A stretch of DNA of 36,402 nucleotides from Armatimonadota bacterium (GTDB lineage Bacteria; Sysuimicrobiota; Sysuimicrobiia; Sysuimicrobiales; Humicultoraceae): contig JBQTJP010000023.1 in the NCBI GenBank assembly GCA_052386995.1, forward strand, positions 1 to 36,402, in the 5' to 3' direction. Positions 16,953 to 26,911 of this stretch are shown here, in pieces. A model generated the notes under the pieces. That model was given only the letters and a program-made list of their open reading frames with translations. It was not told the DNA's origin and did not search any database. Within the stretch, counting starts at the first letter, position 1. Each line of letters begins with the position of its first letter. A program made the position numbers and the translations under genes.

Positions 16953-17822
16953 TTACTCGACCGCCAGCGCCACCCGCGGGGCCTCACGTGACGGCCGCCG
17001 CGTCGCCGCGGCCGATCGAATGGGCGCGACGATCTCCTCGGGCACGTACTGGCTTCCTATCGGAACCCGCGTGGCCAGGGTCCCACCGTGAAAGTCGGTG
17101 CCACCGGTGATGAGCAGCCCGTGGCGGCGTGCGAGCGCGGTGTAGTGCTCCACCAGCGCCGGCGAATGATCGGGATAGTACACTTCGATGCCATCCAGCC
17201 CCGAGGCGACGAGATCCGGAATCATCCCGTCGCTCTGCGCCCAGCCCGGGTGCGCCAGCACGGCCAGGCCGCCGGCGGCGCGAATGACCGCCACCGCATC
17301 CGCGGGTGTCACCTTGAGGCGTTCGACATACGCGGGGCCGTTGCGTCCGATGTACCGCTCGAAGGCCTCCGTGACGTCGCGCACCCGACCCGCCTCGACG
17401 AGCGCCCTGGCCACATGCGGCCGCCCGATGGCGCCGCCCGCGGCGAGCGCCTCGACCCGCGCAAACTCGACCGGCGCCCCGAGCTCGATCAGGCGCTCCA
17501 CCATGCGTTCGGCGCGATGCAGACGCCCCTCTCGCAGGCGTTCCAGCAACGTCTGAAACCAGACGAGGCGAACATCGACGAAATAGCCGAGCACGTGCAC
17601 TTCGCCCGCGTCCACGTCACAGGACAACTCGACGGCAGGCCAGACTTCGATCCCCGCAGCCGCACTACTACCCGCGCGCACCGCCTCCTCGACACTTGCC
17701 GTCGTGTCGTGATCGGTGACGGCCATCAGGCGCACGCTTCGTGCCGCCGCCTCCGCGATCAGGGCGGGGGCGTCCAGCATGCCATCCGAGGCGGTGGTGT
17801 GCGTGTGGAGATCAATGCGCAC
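16953..17822 (-). CDS. PHP-domain phosphoesterase (TrpH/YciV, RNase AM-like)
   Basis: DLHTHTTASDG, TDHD, EVHVLGY, GRPHVA, LAHP, TGGTDFHG. Confidence 0.93.
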   Translation of the reverse strand: MRIDLHTHTTASDGMLDAPALIAEAAARSVRLMAVTDHDTTASVEEAVRAGSSAAAGIEVWPAVELSCDVDAGEVHVLGYFVDVRLVWFQTLLERLREGRLHRAERMVERLIELGAPVEFARVEALAAGGAIGRPHVARALVEAGRVRDVTEAFERYIGRNGPAYVERLKVTPADAVAVIRAAGGLAVLAHPGWAQSDGMIPDLVASGLDGIEVYYPDHSPALVEHYTALARRHGLLITGGTDFHGGTLATRVPIGSQYVPEEIVAPIRSAAATRRPSREAPRVALAVE

Positions 17823-17826
17823 GGCG

Positions 17827-18609
17827 TCAGGACTCCTCAACGATCTGCACCCGCTCGATCGAGCGGGCCGCGCCGTCGCCGTCGGTCGCGATGAGCACCC
17901 CGTTCAGCTGCGCCGGCCCGGTCGCTACCTGAAACCGCGCGGGCATCTGGGTCAAAAACCTCTCGAGGATGATCTCCCGCGCCATGCCGATGACACCGTC
18001 CCGCGGTCCGGTCATCCCCACGTCGGTGATGTACGCCGTGCCCTGCGGGAGAATCCGCTCATCGGCCGTCTGCACGTGGGTGTGGGTGCCCAACACCGCG
18101 GTGACGCGGCCGTCCAGGTACCATCCCATGGCGATCTTTTCGGATGTGGCCTCCGCGTGAAAGTCGACGATGACGGTCGGCACCGTGGCGCGCAGCGCTT
18201 CGGCCTGCTCCCGCGCCGCCCGGAACGGGTCGTCGAGCTCGGGCATGAAGACCCTGCCCTGGAGATTGAGGACCCCCACCTCCACTCCCGCCGGCGTCTT
18301 CACCACCGCGGCCCCCCGGCCGGGAACGCCCGGCGGATAGTTGGCCGGCCGCAGGATGTTTGGACTGCCGTCGAGCAACTCGTACGCTTCCCGGTGGTGC
18401 CAGGTGTGGTTGCCCCCGGTCAGGGCATCGACGCCGGCGTCGAGCAGCTCCGCGGCGGAATCGGCGGTAATGCCCATGCCCCCGGCCGCGTTCTCGCCGT
18501 TCGCGATCACGACGTCGAGGTCGTGGGTGCGCCGCAGCGCGCTCAGGCGCGCGGCCACGATCCGCCGGCCGGGCTTGCCGGTGATGTCGCCAATGAACAG
18601 GACGTTCAC
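17827..18609 (-). CDS. ymdB: YmdB-family metallophosphoesterase
   Basis: LFIGDITG, NGENAAGG, GNHTW, DFHAEATSEK, GTHTHVQTAD, TDVGMTG; follows rny. Confidence 0.95.
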   Translation of the reverse strand: MNVLFIGDITGKPGRRIVAARLSALRRTHDLDVVIANGENAAGGMGITADSAAELLDAGVDALTGGNHTWHHREAYELLDGSPNILRPANYPPGVPGRGAAVVKTPAGVEVGVLNLQGRVFMPELDDPFRAAREQAEALRATVPTVIVDFHAEATSEKIAMGWYLDGRVTAVLGTHTHVQTADERILPQGTAYITDVGMTGPRDGVIGMAREIILERFLTQMPARFQVATGPAQLNGVLIATDGDGAARSIERVQIVEES

Positions 18610-18613
18610 GCGC

Positions 18614-20164
18614 TCACCGCGCGTACTCGATGATGCGCGTCTCGCGCAGGACCGTGACCTTGATCTGACCGGGGTACTCGAGGTCGTCTTCGATCTTTTT
18701 GGCCATATCGCGGGCCAGTGACGCCGCAGCCACGTCATCGATCTCGGTGGGCTTGACGATGACCCGGATCTCCCGGCCGGCCTGGATGGCGTAGGCTTTC
18801 TCGACACCAGGGAACGACGTGGCCAGTTCCTCCAGGCTCTGGAGCCGCTTGATGTACGCCTCCACGGTTTCCTTACGGGCGCCGGGCCGGCTGGCCGAGA
18901 TCGCGTCGGCGGCGGCCACCAGTACCGCCTCCAGACACGCAGCCTCTTCTTCGCCGTGATGGTACGAGATCGCGTTCAGCACTTCCGGCGGCTCGTGATA
19001 GCGCCGGCAGAGGTCGGCGCCCAGCGCCACGTGCGTGCCTTCCGCCTCGTGGGTGAGCGCCTTGCCGATATCGTGGAGTAGCCCGGCGCGCCGTGCCAGT
19101 TTCGGATCGGCGCCCAGGTTGCTGGCCAGCAGGCCGGAAAGCAGGGCGACTTCTACCGAATGGCGCAGCAAGTTCTGACCATAGGAATGCCGGAACCGCA
19201 GCCGGCCCAAGACCTTGATCTCCTCGGGATGCAGACCGTGGACGTTCGCCTCGAACGCCGCCTGCTCGCCTTCCTCTTTCACCCGCTCATCGAGATCACG
19301 CTGGGCCCGCTCGACGACTTCCTCGATCCGGCCCGGGTGGATGCGGCCGTCGACGATTAGCTTTTCCAGGGCGAGCTTGGCGACTTCGCGGCGGATGGGG
19401 TCGAAGGACGAGATCGTGACGGCTTCGGGCGTATCGTCAATGATGAGGTCGACGCCGGTGAGACTCTCGAGGGCCCGGATGTTGCGGCCCTCGCGGCCGA
19501 TGATCCGGCCCTTCATCTCATCGGTAGGCAGAGGAACGACCGACACGGTGACCTCAGCGGTGTGCTCGGCGGCGCACCGCTGGATGGCCAGGGCGAGGAT
19601 CTCCCGCGCCCGCCGGTCGCCTTCGCTCCGGGCCTCCGCCTCGATCCGGCGGACGAGCTGCGTGACCTCGCCGCGGGTTGTGGTTTCAACCGCGGCAAGG
19701 AGCTGGGCCCGGGCTTCCTCGGTCGATTGGCCCGCGATCCGTTCGAGTTCCGTTTGCTGCTCGCGCTTGAGCCTCTCGGCTTCCTCGCGCAGTACTACAA
19801 CACGCTGTTGTTCTTCGGTTTGATTCCGGTCCCGCTGTTCGAGAGCCTCGGTCTTGCGCTCCAGGTTCTCCTCTCGCTGCACCAACCGCCGTTCGAGGCG
19901 TTGGATCTCCGCGCGTTGATCACGGATCTCCCGCTCCGCTTCCCGCTTGAGACGAAAGGCCTCGTCCTTGGCTTCGACGACGACCTCACGTTGCTTGGCG
20001 TCGGCCTCCTTCCTGGCTTCCTCAAGAATTCGGCGAGCGTCCTCTTCAGCAGACTTGATCTTAGCTTCGGCGATGGTCCTGCGCAGAAGGTATCCCAGGA
20101 GGAACGCGACCAGCCCTGCGACGGCGGGAACCACGAGCACTCCCATGGCGTCGATGGCGGACAC
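18614..20164 (-). CDS. rny: Ribonuclease Y (start uncertain: GTG20164, ATC20155 or ATG20146)
   Basis: N-terminal TM helix, coiled coil, KH domain ([14 protein letters not shown]), HD domain (GLLHDIGK), SASRPGAR. Confidence 0.98.
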   Translation of the reverse strand: MSAIDAMGVLVVPAVAGLVAFLLGYLLRRTIAEAKIKSAEEDARRILEEARKEADAKQREVVVEAKDEAFRLKREAEREIRDQRAEIQRLERRLVQREENLERKTEALEQRDRNQTEEQQRVVVLREEAERLKREQQTELERIAGQSTEEARAQLLAAVETTTRGEVTQLVRRIEAEARSEGDRRAREILALAIQRCAAEHTAEVTVSVVPLPTDEMKGRIIGREGRNIRALESLTGVDLIIDDTPEAVTISSFDPIRREVAKLALEKLIVDGRIHPGRIEEVVERAQRDLDERVKEEGEQAAFEANVHGLHPEEIKVLGRLRFRHSYGQNLLRHSVEVALLSGLLASNLGADPKLARRAGLLHDIGKALTHEAEGTHVALGADLCRRYHEPPEVLNAISYHHGEEEAACLEAVLVAAADAISASRPGARKETVEAYIKRLQSLEELATSFPGVEKAYAIQAGREIRVIVKPTEIDDVAAASLARDMAKKIEDDLEYPGQIKVTVLRETRIIEYAR

Positions 20165-20262
20165 CTCCTTCAGTCATCCGTGACCCCTCGCGCATCACCC
20201 TCCAGCGTTCCTGGATGGTCGTTCGTCTTTCAGATCGATTCTAGTGGGGACGGGAAAACAGG

Positions 20263-21378
20263 TCAAGAATCGCGGTTTTCGCCGAGCGGTAGGGCGGTCG
20301 GCTGCGCCAGGGGGAGCGGGTTTCCGCTGACCTGGGCCAGGCGGTTCCCGAACCGGTCAAGCGAGCGGTCGGCGTCCTCGTAATTTTTCTGGGCCCGGCG
20401 GAGTTGCTCGCCCAGCTTGCCGATCGGCTCCCGCACCCGCTCGAAGTCGGACGCCAGGTGCGCCAGGCCGGCGCGGATCTGGGCGGCCTGCTCCTCCACC
20501 TGAAGCCCCTTGAGGCCATACGCCATGGCCACGAGGTAGGCGTAGAAGGTCGTCGGGGAGACCGGAATGACCCGGCGCTCCATGGCGAAGGCCTGCAGAC
20601 CCCCGTCGTCGTCCCGCACCACGGCCTCGTAGTACACGTGCTCCGCGGGGATATACATCAGGGCGAAGTCGTAGGTGCCTTCCTCGGGGAGGATGTACTT
20701 CTCGGCGATCGTCTTCACGTGTCCCTGGACCAGTCGCAGGAACTCACGGCGCGCCCGGCCGCGCTCGTCGTCGGAGGCGGCCCTGATGACAGCGGTAAAC
20801 GACTCGATCGGAAACTTCGAGTCGACCGGCACAAAGCGGCCGCCCAGTCGTATGATCGCGTCAACGGTGGCGCCGCTGGTGAACCGGTGCTGCATCTCGA
20901 ATTGCGCAACCGGCATTCGGTCGCGAAGCAGGTTTTCGAGCAGGACCTCCCCCACCCCACCGCGGTGCTTGGGCGGCCGCAGGATATCCTGGAGCGACGT
21001 AAGATCTTTCCCGAGCTCGAAGATTCTCCCGGCGGCCTCCTCGAGGCCCTTGAGCCTCTCGTGGACGGTCGTGACCATGCCGGCGGTCTCGCTGAACCGC
21101 TGGCCAACGGTCTGCAGATTCACGCCAAGACGCTGGTCGACCCGGTGCAGTGCATCGCCCATTTGAGTCTGAAGGGCCTCGGCGCGTTCGTTGAAGGCGC
21201 GGGATGTTCCTTCCAGACTCTGCCCCATCTGCGCGCGAAGTGCCTCCAACTGCTGCTGCACGAGCAGCAGACCAGGCTCGGCCTCAGGGCGACGCCTGAC
21301 GAGGAGCGCGACGGCCGCGGCCAGGACCAGGCCCGCGGCCACGCCCAGCAGCACCGCGACGATTGTTGAGTCGGTCAT
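20263..21378 (-). CDS. rmuC: DNA recombination protein RmuC
   Basis: TM helix and coiled coil; RGGVGEVLLE, VDSKFP, KYILPEEGTYDFALMYIPAE, VSPTT. Confidence 0.93.
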   Translation of the reverse strand: MTDSTIVAVLLGVAAGLVLAAAVALLVRRRPEAEPGLLLVQQQLEALRAQMGQSLEGTSRAFNERAEALQTQMGDALHRVDQRLGVNLQTVGQRFSETAGMVTTVHERLKGLEEAAGRIFELGKDLTSLQDILRPPKHRGGVGEVLLENLLRDRMPVAQFEMQHRFTSGATVDAIIRLGGRFVPVDSKFPIESFTAVIRAASDDERGRARREFLRLVQGHVKTIAEKYILPEEGTYDFALMYIPAEHVYYEAVVRDDDGGLQAFAMERRVIPVSPTTFYAYLVAMAYGLKGLQVEEQAAQIRAGLAHLASDFERVREPIGKLGEQLRRAQKNYEDADRSLDRFGNRLAQVSGNPLPLAQPTALPLGENRDS

Positions 21379-21388
21379 GAGCGCTCCA

Positions 21389-24300
21389 CTAGTCTGCCGT
21401 GGCCGTGTAGGGACAGATGGACGCAAACGCGCAGTACCGGCACGCCCGATAGTAGTCGGGCGTGGCCGCGAACCGCTGGCCGCGGATGCCGGCGGCCGCC
21501 TTCTCGATGGCCTCTTTCGCCTCCGTGAGCAGCGCCTCGGTCGGCGCCGTGGAGCCTACCAGAACCTGATGCGGCCCGAGGAAATGCAGCTCCAGACGGT
21601 CGGGCATGCGGCCGTAGTGCCGCTCGTACGCGAGCGCGTAGACACTCAGTTGCAGGCTCTCCCTGGCGCGGCGGTCGGCGTCTTTCTGCGCGCGCACATC
21701 GCTGGTCTTGAAGTCGATGATCACCACTTCATCGCCGGACCCACTCTGCGAGGGCGCCGCGCCCTGACTCCGGCGGATGTCGACCCGGTCCCACCGGCCG
21801 CGGATCTTCGTCGCGCCGAGCTGAAAGGCAAACCTGTTCTCGACCATCGTCGGCGTCGTCCCACTGGCCTCTTGAAACTCAAAGAAACGCCGAAGCACCG
21901 TGCGGCCCTGGTCCAGGCGCTGGTCCTCGTGCTCGCGGCTGATGAAGCCCTCGGTCACCCAGGCCCGTTCAAACTCGCGGATGAGGTCATCGGCCGACAC
22001 CGGCTGGCCACGGGCGCGGCGCCGGTTGTACTCAATGGCGCCGGCGTGGATCGCCGCGCCGTAGATCACGCGGTGGTCGCGGAGCAGCGGCACGCGCAGC
22101 ACGTGCGTGTATTTGTACTTCAGCGGGCAGATGTCGTAGTCGTCGACCTGACGGAACGACACTGCCACCGGCGCCTCGGCCGGCAGCACTCCAGGCAGCG
22201 GCTGCTGGGCGTCGGCGGGCGGGGAATGCCGGTGGATCGCCTCGACCGGCGAGGCGTGGAACGGAACGGCGTCGACGCTTGGGGCGTCGAGCGCCTCGAG
22301 CACGAACCGGCTCACCTTGCGCGCCCGGAGGCCTCCGTAGTCGTGGGCACTCGTGAGTACGAGCGTGTGCTTCGCCCGCGTCATCCCGACGTAGAAGAGG
22401 CGCCGCTCCTCCTGCAGGTGGTCGTCGCCCGTGGGCAGGACTTCACGGTCGCGCACCAGATCCTCCGGCAGCTCCAGCGGCTCGCCGCGGTGCCTGGCGG
22501 GAAACCGCTCGGCTACGCAGCTCACTAGGAAGACGACCGGATATTCAAGGCCCTTGGCCTTGTGCACCGTGAGCACCTGCACCCCATCGAAATCGGGGTC
22601 GGGATCGGGAATCGGGGGGTCGTCCCCCGCCGCGATCAGGTCATCCATCCGCCGCACGAACTCGGGTACGCGGTCGTACATCGCCACCTCGCCGTGCCGG
22701 GCGACGATGTCGAAGAGCCGCGCCAGGTTCGCCACCTTGGACTCGTCCCCCGGCTGCTCGGAGGTGGCCAGGCGCCGGATGTAGCCGGTGCGGGCGACCA
22801 GGTATTCGTAGAGCACCCGGCCGGTAACCTGGTGGCGCATGAGCTCGCGCATCTTGTCGAGGTCTTCGACCAGGCGCGCGATCGATGCGTGGCTCTCGGG
22901 TGAGAGTTCGGCGGCCAGGTCCGGGGCGCCCGCGAGGTGCCTGATGGTGTGCTCCAGCGAGCGGTTGCGGCGGTTGGCGTATCCGAGGGCTCTCGCCATA
23001 TCGGTGGCATCGACCAAGTAGAGGTCGGAGGCGCCCAGGAAGAACAGGCTCAGGTTGTCGGCGGGATTGGCGAGCACGCGCAGAAACGCGAGCGCCACGC
23101 GCACCTCCTCCCGGTCGTACAGTCCACGCGTCCCCGAGAACCACCATGGGATACCGCGCACGTTGAGGGCACGCAGAAACGGATCGGCATCCTGATTGGC
23201 CCGCACGAGGATCGCGCAGTCCCTGTAGCTGCCACCTCCGGCCACATAGTCGGCGATGAATCCGGCGACGCCGTCGGCCTCGGTCGTCAGCGCATCGAAA
23301 TGGTGATGCCGCACCGGCGGCCCCTCGCCACGGACGGCGGTGAGCCGCTTGTCGAGCCGCCTCTGCACTTCGAGCCGCTCGGGATTGTTGTGTTGGATGA
23401 GCCGGTAGGCTGCATCGAGCACCGGCTGCGGCGAGCGAAAGTTCTCGGTGAGGACCACCTGGGCCGCGTCAGGGTAGGTCTCGGAAAACCCAAGGATGTT
23501 GCTGATGGCGGCACCGCGGAACTTGTAGATCGCCTGGTCATCGTCGCCGACCACCGTGAGATTCCGATGGGATGCGGCAAGGAGTTTCACGAGCTCGAAC
23601 TGCGCATGGTTAGTGTCCTGGAACTCGTCCACCAGGATGTAACGGAAGCGAGCCTGATAGCGCTGCAAGATGTCGGGCCTGGTCCTGAAGACCTGGAGCG
23701 GCAGCATGATGAGATCTCCGAAATCCACCCGCGCCGCTTCGCGCAAGAGCTGCTGATACGTCCCGTAGGTCCGGGCCAGCTCGAGGTGCCCGGCCGCGGC
23801 TTCATGATGCTCGGTCGAGGCAAAGGGATGGTCGAGGCGGCGCTGGAGCTCCGCCGCATACTGCTCGTACACCGCGGGAGCGATGTCCTCGTCCTTGGCC
23901 CGGCTGATCAGCGCCAAGATTGCGTCGATGTACCGAATCGGATCACCCAGCGGCCGATATCGATTGAGGGGGAGCTCGAACAGGCGGTCCCGGAGAAAGA
24001 TGAACTGCTCGGGCCGCGACAGGACTCGAAAATCAGGCGGGAGCCCGGCCTCCAGCGCCTGCTCGCGCAAGACCCTGTCGCCGAACGCGTGAAACGTGCT
24101 GATCCACGTGTCTGTATAGCCGTAGGGGACGGCCTGGTCGACGCGGCTTTCCATCTCGGCGGAGGCTTTCTCGGTGAAGGTCAGCGCGAGGATCTCTGAC
24201 GGCCGGGCCCGGCGGGTGCCGATCAGCCAGGCGATCCGCCGTGTGATGGCCAGCGTCTTGCCGGTCCCCGCGCCCGCCACGATGAGCAACGGCCCCTCGT

Positions 24301-24451
24301 CGTGTGTCACTGCACGGCGCTGGGACGGCGTCAGGCCATCGAGCGCCCGCTCGGCGGCGTCGACCCCGACGGCGGTGGGCTCCTCGAGCGAAAGTTGAAG
24401 CGGCACCTGTCCGGCGGGGATCGCCGCGTAGTCACGCTGAGGCGTGGCCAT
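21389..24451 (-). CDS. UvrD/PcrA-like SF1 helicase with C-terminal PD-(D/E)XK nuclease (AdnA/B-like)
   Basis: AGAGTGKT, LVDEFQDT, VGDDDQAIYKFRGA, TVHKAKGLE, EERRLFYVGMTRA; nuclease GRWDRVD..IIDFKT..QLSVY; Cys pattern CPLKY...CRYC..C. Confidence 0.95.
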   Translation of the reverse strand: MATPQRDYAAIPAGQVPLQLSLEEPTAVGVDAAERALDGLTPSQRRAVTHDEGPLLIVAGAGTGKTLAITRRIAWLIGTRRARPSEILALTFTEKASAEMESRVDQAVPYGYTDTWISTFHAFGDRVLREQALEAGLPPDFRVLSRPEQFIFLRDRLFELPLNRYRPLGDPIRYIDAILALISRAKDEDIAPAVYEQYAAELQRRLDHPFASTEHHEAAAGHLELARTYGTYQQLLREAARVDFGDLIMLPLQVFRTRPDILQRYQARFRYILVDEFQDTNHAQFELVKLLAASHRNLTVVGDDDQAIYKFRGAAISNILGFSETYPDAAQVVLTENFRSPQPVLDAAYRLIQHNNPERLEVQRRLDKRLTAVRGEGPPVRHHHFDALTTEADGVAGFIADYVAGGGSYRDCAILVRANQDADPFLRALNVRGIPWWFSGTRGLYDREEVRVALAFLRVLANPADNLSLFFLGASDLYLVDATDMARALGYANRRNRSLEHTIRHLAGAPDLAAELSPESHASIARLVEDLDKMRELMRHQVTGRVLYEYLVARTGYIRRLATSEQPGDESKVANLARLFDIVARHGEVAMYDRVPEFVRRMDDLIAAGDDPPIPDPDPDFDGVQVLTVHKAKGLEYPVVFLVSCVAERFPARHRGEPLELPEDLVRDREVLPTGDDHLQEERRLFYVGMTRAKHTLVLTSAHDYGGLRARKVSRFVLEALDAPSVDAVPFHASPVEAIHRHSPPADAQQPLPGVLPAEAPVAVSFRQVDDYDICPLKYKYTHVLRVPLLRDHRVIYGAAIHAGAIEYNRRRARGQPVSADDLIREFERAWVTEGFISREHEDQRLDQGRTVLRRFFEFQEASGTTPTMVENRFAFQLGATKIRGRWDRVDIRRSQGAAPSQSGSGDEVVIIDFKTSDVRAQKDADRRARESLQLSVYALAYERHYGRMPDRLELHFLGPHQVLVGSTAPTEALLTEAKEAIEKAAAGIRGQRFAATPDYYRACRYCAFASICPYTATAD

Positions 24452-25112
24452 CCTCCTCACCCGTGATGATGCCCTGGACAGTGCGGAGCACCCGGGCGAT
24501 CGCTGCCTGACTGAATCCGCGCCGCCGCAGCCATCCGACGAGGCGCCGCCGCGCAACTTGGGGAGGCAGGCGCTGGACCCGACGAAATCGTGCCCGGGCC
24601 TGCACCAGGGCGAGGTCCTCCTCCCCCTCCGCCGTCAGCATTGACGCGATCGCATCGTCGGCTGTCTGCGGAGGAACTCCACGAGAGAGGAGTTCCACTC
24701 TGAGCCGCCGGCGGCCGCTCGGCCGCAACGCCAGCCGGTCGCGTACCCACGCGCGGGCGAAGCGGGCGTCATCGATCCAGCCCTCACGGGCGAGATCATC
24801 GATGATGCCTATCGACACCACTTTGGAGACTCCCCGGCGACGGAGGCCGGTCTCGAGCTCGGCCCGGCTTCGCAGTCGCCTCTGCAGCAGGCGCAGCGCG
24901 ATCGCCCGCCCTTCCCGGTGCATCGCAGCTTCCGCGACGCGATCCGCCAGGCGACTATCGATCTCAACGCCTTCGCTCAGCGAAAGCGCGTCAACGGACT
25001 TGATGTCGAGCCTGAATGTCCCCACGCCCTCGATATCCACAACACGGATCGAGGGATCGCGCTCCGAGACCCGCACGCAGGTGATGCGAAAACCGGCCGT
25101 GGACTGCCCCAC
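24432..25112 (-). CDS. recX: Regulatory protein RecX (start approximate)
   Basis: ALRLLQRRLRSRAEL, GWIDDARFA, RVELLSRGV, LRRRGFS; directly downstream of recA. Confidence 0.92.
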   Translation of the reverse strand: MGQSTAGFRITCVRVSERDPSIRVVDIEGVGTFRLDIKSVDALSLSEGVEIDSRLADRVAEAAMHREGRAIALRLLQRRLRSRAELETGLRRRGVSKVVSIGIIDDLAREGWIDDARFARAWVRDRLALRPSGRRRLRVELLSRGVPPQTADDAIASMLTAEGEEDLALVQARARFRRVQRLPPQVARRRLVGWLRRRGFSQAAIARVLRTVQGIITGEEDGHASA

Positions 25113-25122
25113 CGGCCCCGGC

Positions 25123-26211
25123 TCACCCGCGCGCGCGAGCCACCTGACGTGCGGCCGGCTCGGGAGCCGAGACCGGTCCACCTGGCGCCGGCGGCGCCGC
25201 ACCTTCTGGTGTCGATGCCTGCCGGAGCAGACCGCGGGCTTCTCGCACGCGGCGGTCCAGTTCACGCGCGACCTCGGGATTGTTGTCGAGGAACTCGCGG
25301 GCATTGTCGCGGCCCTGGCCCAGGCGCAGGTCGTTGAAGGCAAACCACGTGCCCGTACGGGAAATCACTCCCACAGCCGTGGCGACATCCAGGATGCTCG
25401 CGCTCCGCGAGATCCCGTGTCCGTAGATGATGTCGACCTCGGCATCGCGGAACGGCGGCGCCATCTTGTTCTTGACGACTTTCACGCGGGCCCGCATGCC
25501 CTTGACTTCATCCCCGCTCTTGATGTTTTCGATCCTGCGGATCTCCATACGGACCGAGGCGTAGAACTTCAACGCCCGGCCTCCGGTAGTGGTCTCCGGG
25601 TTGCCGAACATCACCCCGATCTTCTCGCGGATCTGGTTAATGAAGATAACCGTGGTGCGGGACTTGCTGATCGTACCGACCAGTTTCCGCAAAGCCTGCG
25701 ACATGAGCCGTGCCTGCAGCCCCACATGCGCGTCGCCCATCTCGCCCTCGAGCTCGGCCCGGGGGACGAGTGCGGCCACCGAGTCGACGACCACAACGTC
25801 GAGTGCGCCACTGCGCACGAGCGTCTCGGCGATCTCCAATGCCTGCTCGCCGCTATCCGGCTGTGAGAGCAGCAGGTTGTCGACGTCAACACCCACGGCG
25901 CGCGCGTACGAGGGATCGAGAGCGTGCTCGGCATCGATGAATGCCGCGACGCCGCCCTCGCGCTGCGCCTCAGCGATGACATGATACCCTAGCGTCGTCT
26001 TGCCGGACGCCTCTGGCCCGTAGATCTCCACCACGCGCCCACGGGGCACGCCACCGATCCCCAGCGCGAGATCGAGCCCAAGCGCTCCGCTCGAGATCAC
26101 CTCGGCATGAAACTTTGCAGAAGCCTCTCCCAGCTTCATGATCGAGCCTTTGCCGAACTGTTTTTCAATCTGGGAGAGGGCTAGGTCCAACGCGCGCTGA
26201 CGCTCGTTCAT
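25123..26211 (-). CDS. recA: Recombinase RecA
   Basis: [55 protein letters not shown]. Confidence 0.99.
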   Translation of the reverse strand: MNERQRALDLALSQIEKQFGKGSIMKLGEASAKFHAEVISSGALGLDLALGIGGVPRGRVVEIYGPEASGKTTLGYHVIAEAQREGGVAAFIDAEHALDPSYARAVGVDVDNLLLSQPDSGEQALEIAETLVRSGALDVVVVDSVAALVPRAELEGEMGDAHVGLQARLMSQALRKLVGTISKSRTTVIFINQIREKIGVMFGNPETTTGGRALKFYASVRMEIRRIENIKSGDEVKGMRARVKVVKNKMAPPFRDAEVDIIYGHGISRSASILDVATAVGVISRTGTWFAFNDLRLGQGRDNAREFLDNNPEVARELDRRVREARGLLRQASTPEGAAPPAPGGPVSAPEPAARQVARARG

Positions 26212-26246
26212 GATCTTCAACCCCCGGTGCCCATCAGATGGCGCCC

Positions 26247-26275
26247 ACGATACCAAACACGTGTTCGCTTGTCAA
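26247..26275 (-). promoter_or_regulatory. recA promoter with Gram-positive-type LexA (SOS) box in the spacer
   Basis: Minus strand: TTGACA-17 bp-TATCGT with extended TG. The spacer contains CGAACACGTGTTTG (26254-26267), matching CGAAC-N4-GTTYG. Confidence 0.9.
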
Positions 26276-26320
26276 CGCTGCAAACCCATCGTTTCCAGCC
26301 GATATACTAGCTATGGGGCC

Positions 26321-26911
26321 TTACCCTGGTGGTGTATTCAACTCCTGGTTCAGCGGAACCTGCTCGTAAGCGGTGTAGACAGGACCGTCGACGGTCAGGC
26401 GGCTCTCCATGACGGTCAGAGTGCGAACCGGCTGCTGGCCGATCTCCTGGTCGCGGAACCGCTGGAGGGTCCGTACCAGGTCTCCCCACTGACGGTCATC
26501 CTTCGCCCGCCCCAATGTCAGGTGCGGCCGGAAGGGGCGGGATTCCGGCGCAAACCCTTGTCGCGCCAGCGCGGCCTCGAGATCGCCGGCAAGGCGCTGG
26601 AAGGCCTCGGCACCTTCACGAGATCCAAGCCAGATGACCTGGGGCCGGTCGAAGTTCGGAAATGCCCCCAGGCCCGCGACCATAACCGTGAAGGGCTGGG
26701 CGGTGCGCGCGGTCTCTCGAACGGCAACGACGGCCCGCGCCAGCTGAGCCGCCGGGATCTCACCGAGAAACCGCAGCGTAAAGTGCACATTGTGCGGCTT
26801 CACCCACCGCAGGCGCGCTCCGGAGGCCCGCATGCGATCCTGAAGATCAGCGACAAGGCGCTGCAATGCGGCGTCGAGTTCCACCGCGATGAACGCGCGA
26901 TGCACTTTCAC
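26321..26911 (-). CDS. thpR: RNA 2',3'-cyclic phosphodiesterase (2H family)
   Basis: RAFIAV; two HxT motifs (HFTLRFLG, PHLTLGR); lies between cinA and recA. Confidence 0.95.
   Translation of the reverse strand: MKVHRAFIAVELDAALQRLVADLQDRMRASGARLRWVKPHNVHFTLRFLGEIPAAQLARAVVAVRETARTAQPFTVMVAGLGAFPNFDRPQVIWLGSREGAEAFQRLAGDLEAALARQGFAPESRPFRPHLTLGRAKDDRQWGDLVRTLQRFRDQEIGQQPVRTLTVMESRLTVDGPVYTAYEQVPLNQELNTPPG

Noticed and set aside
21389..22200. Cas4-like nuclease suggesting a CRISPR system
   Set aside because: The domain is the C-terminus of the helicase; no cas genes or repeat-spacer array were seen.
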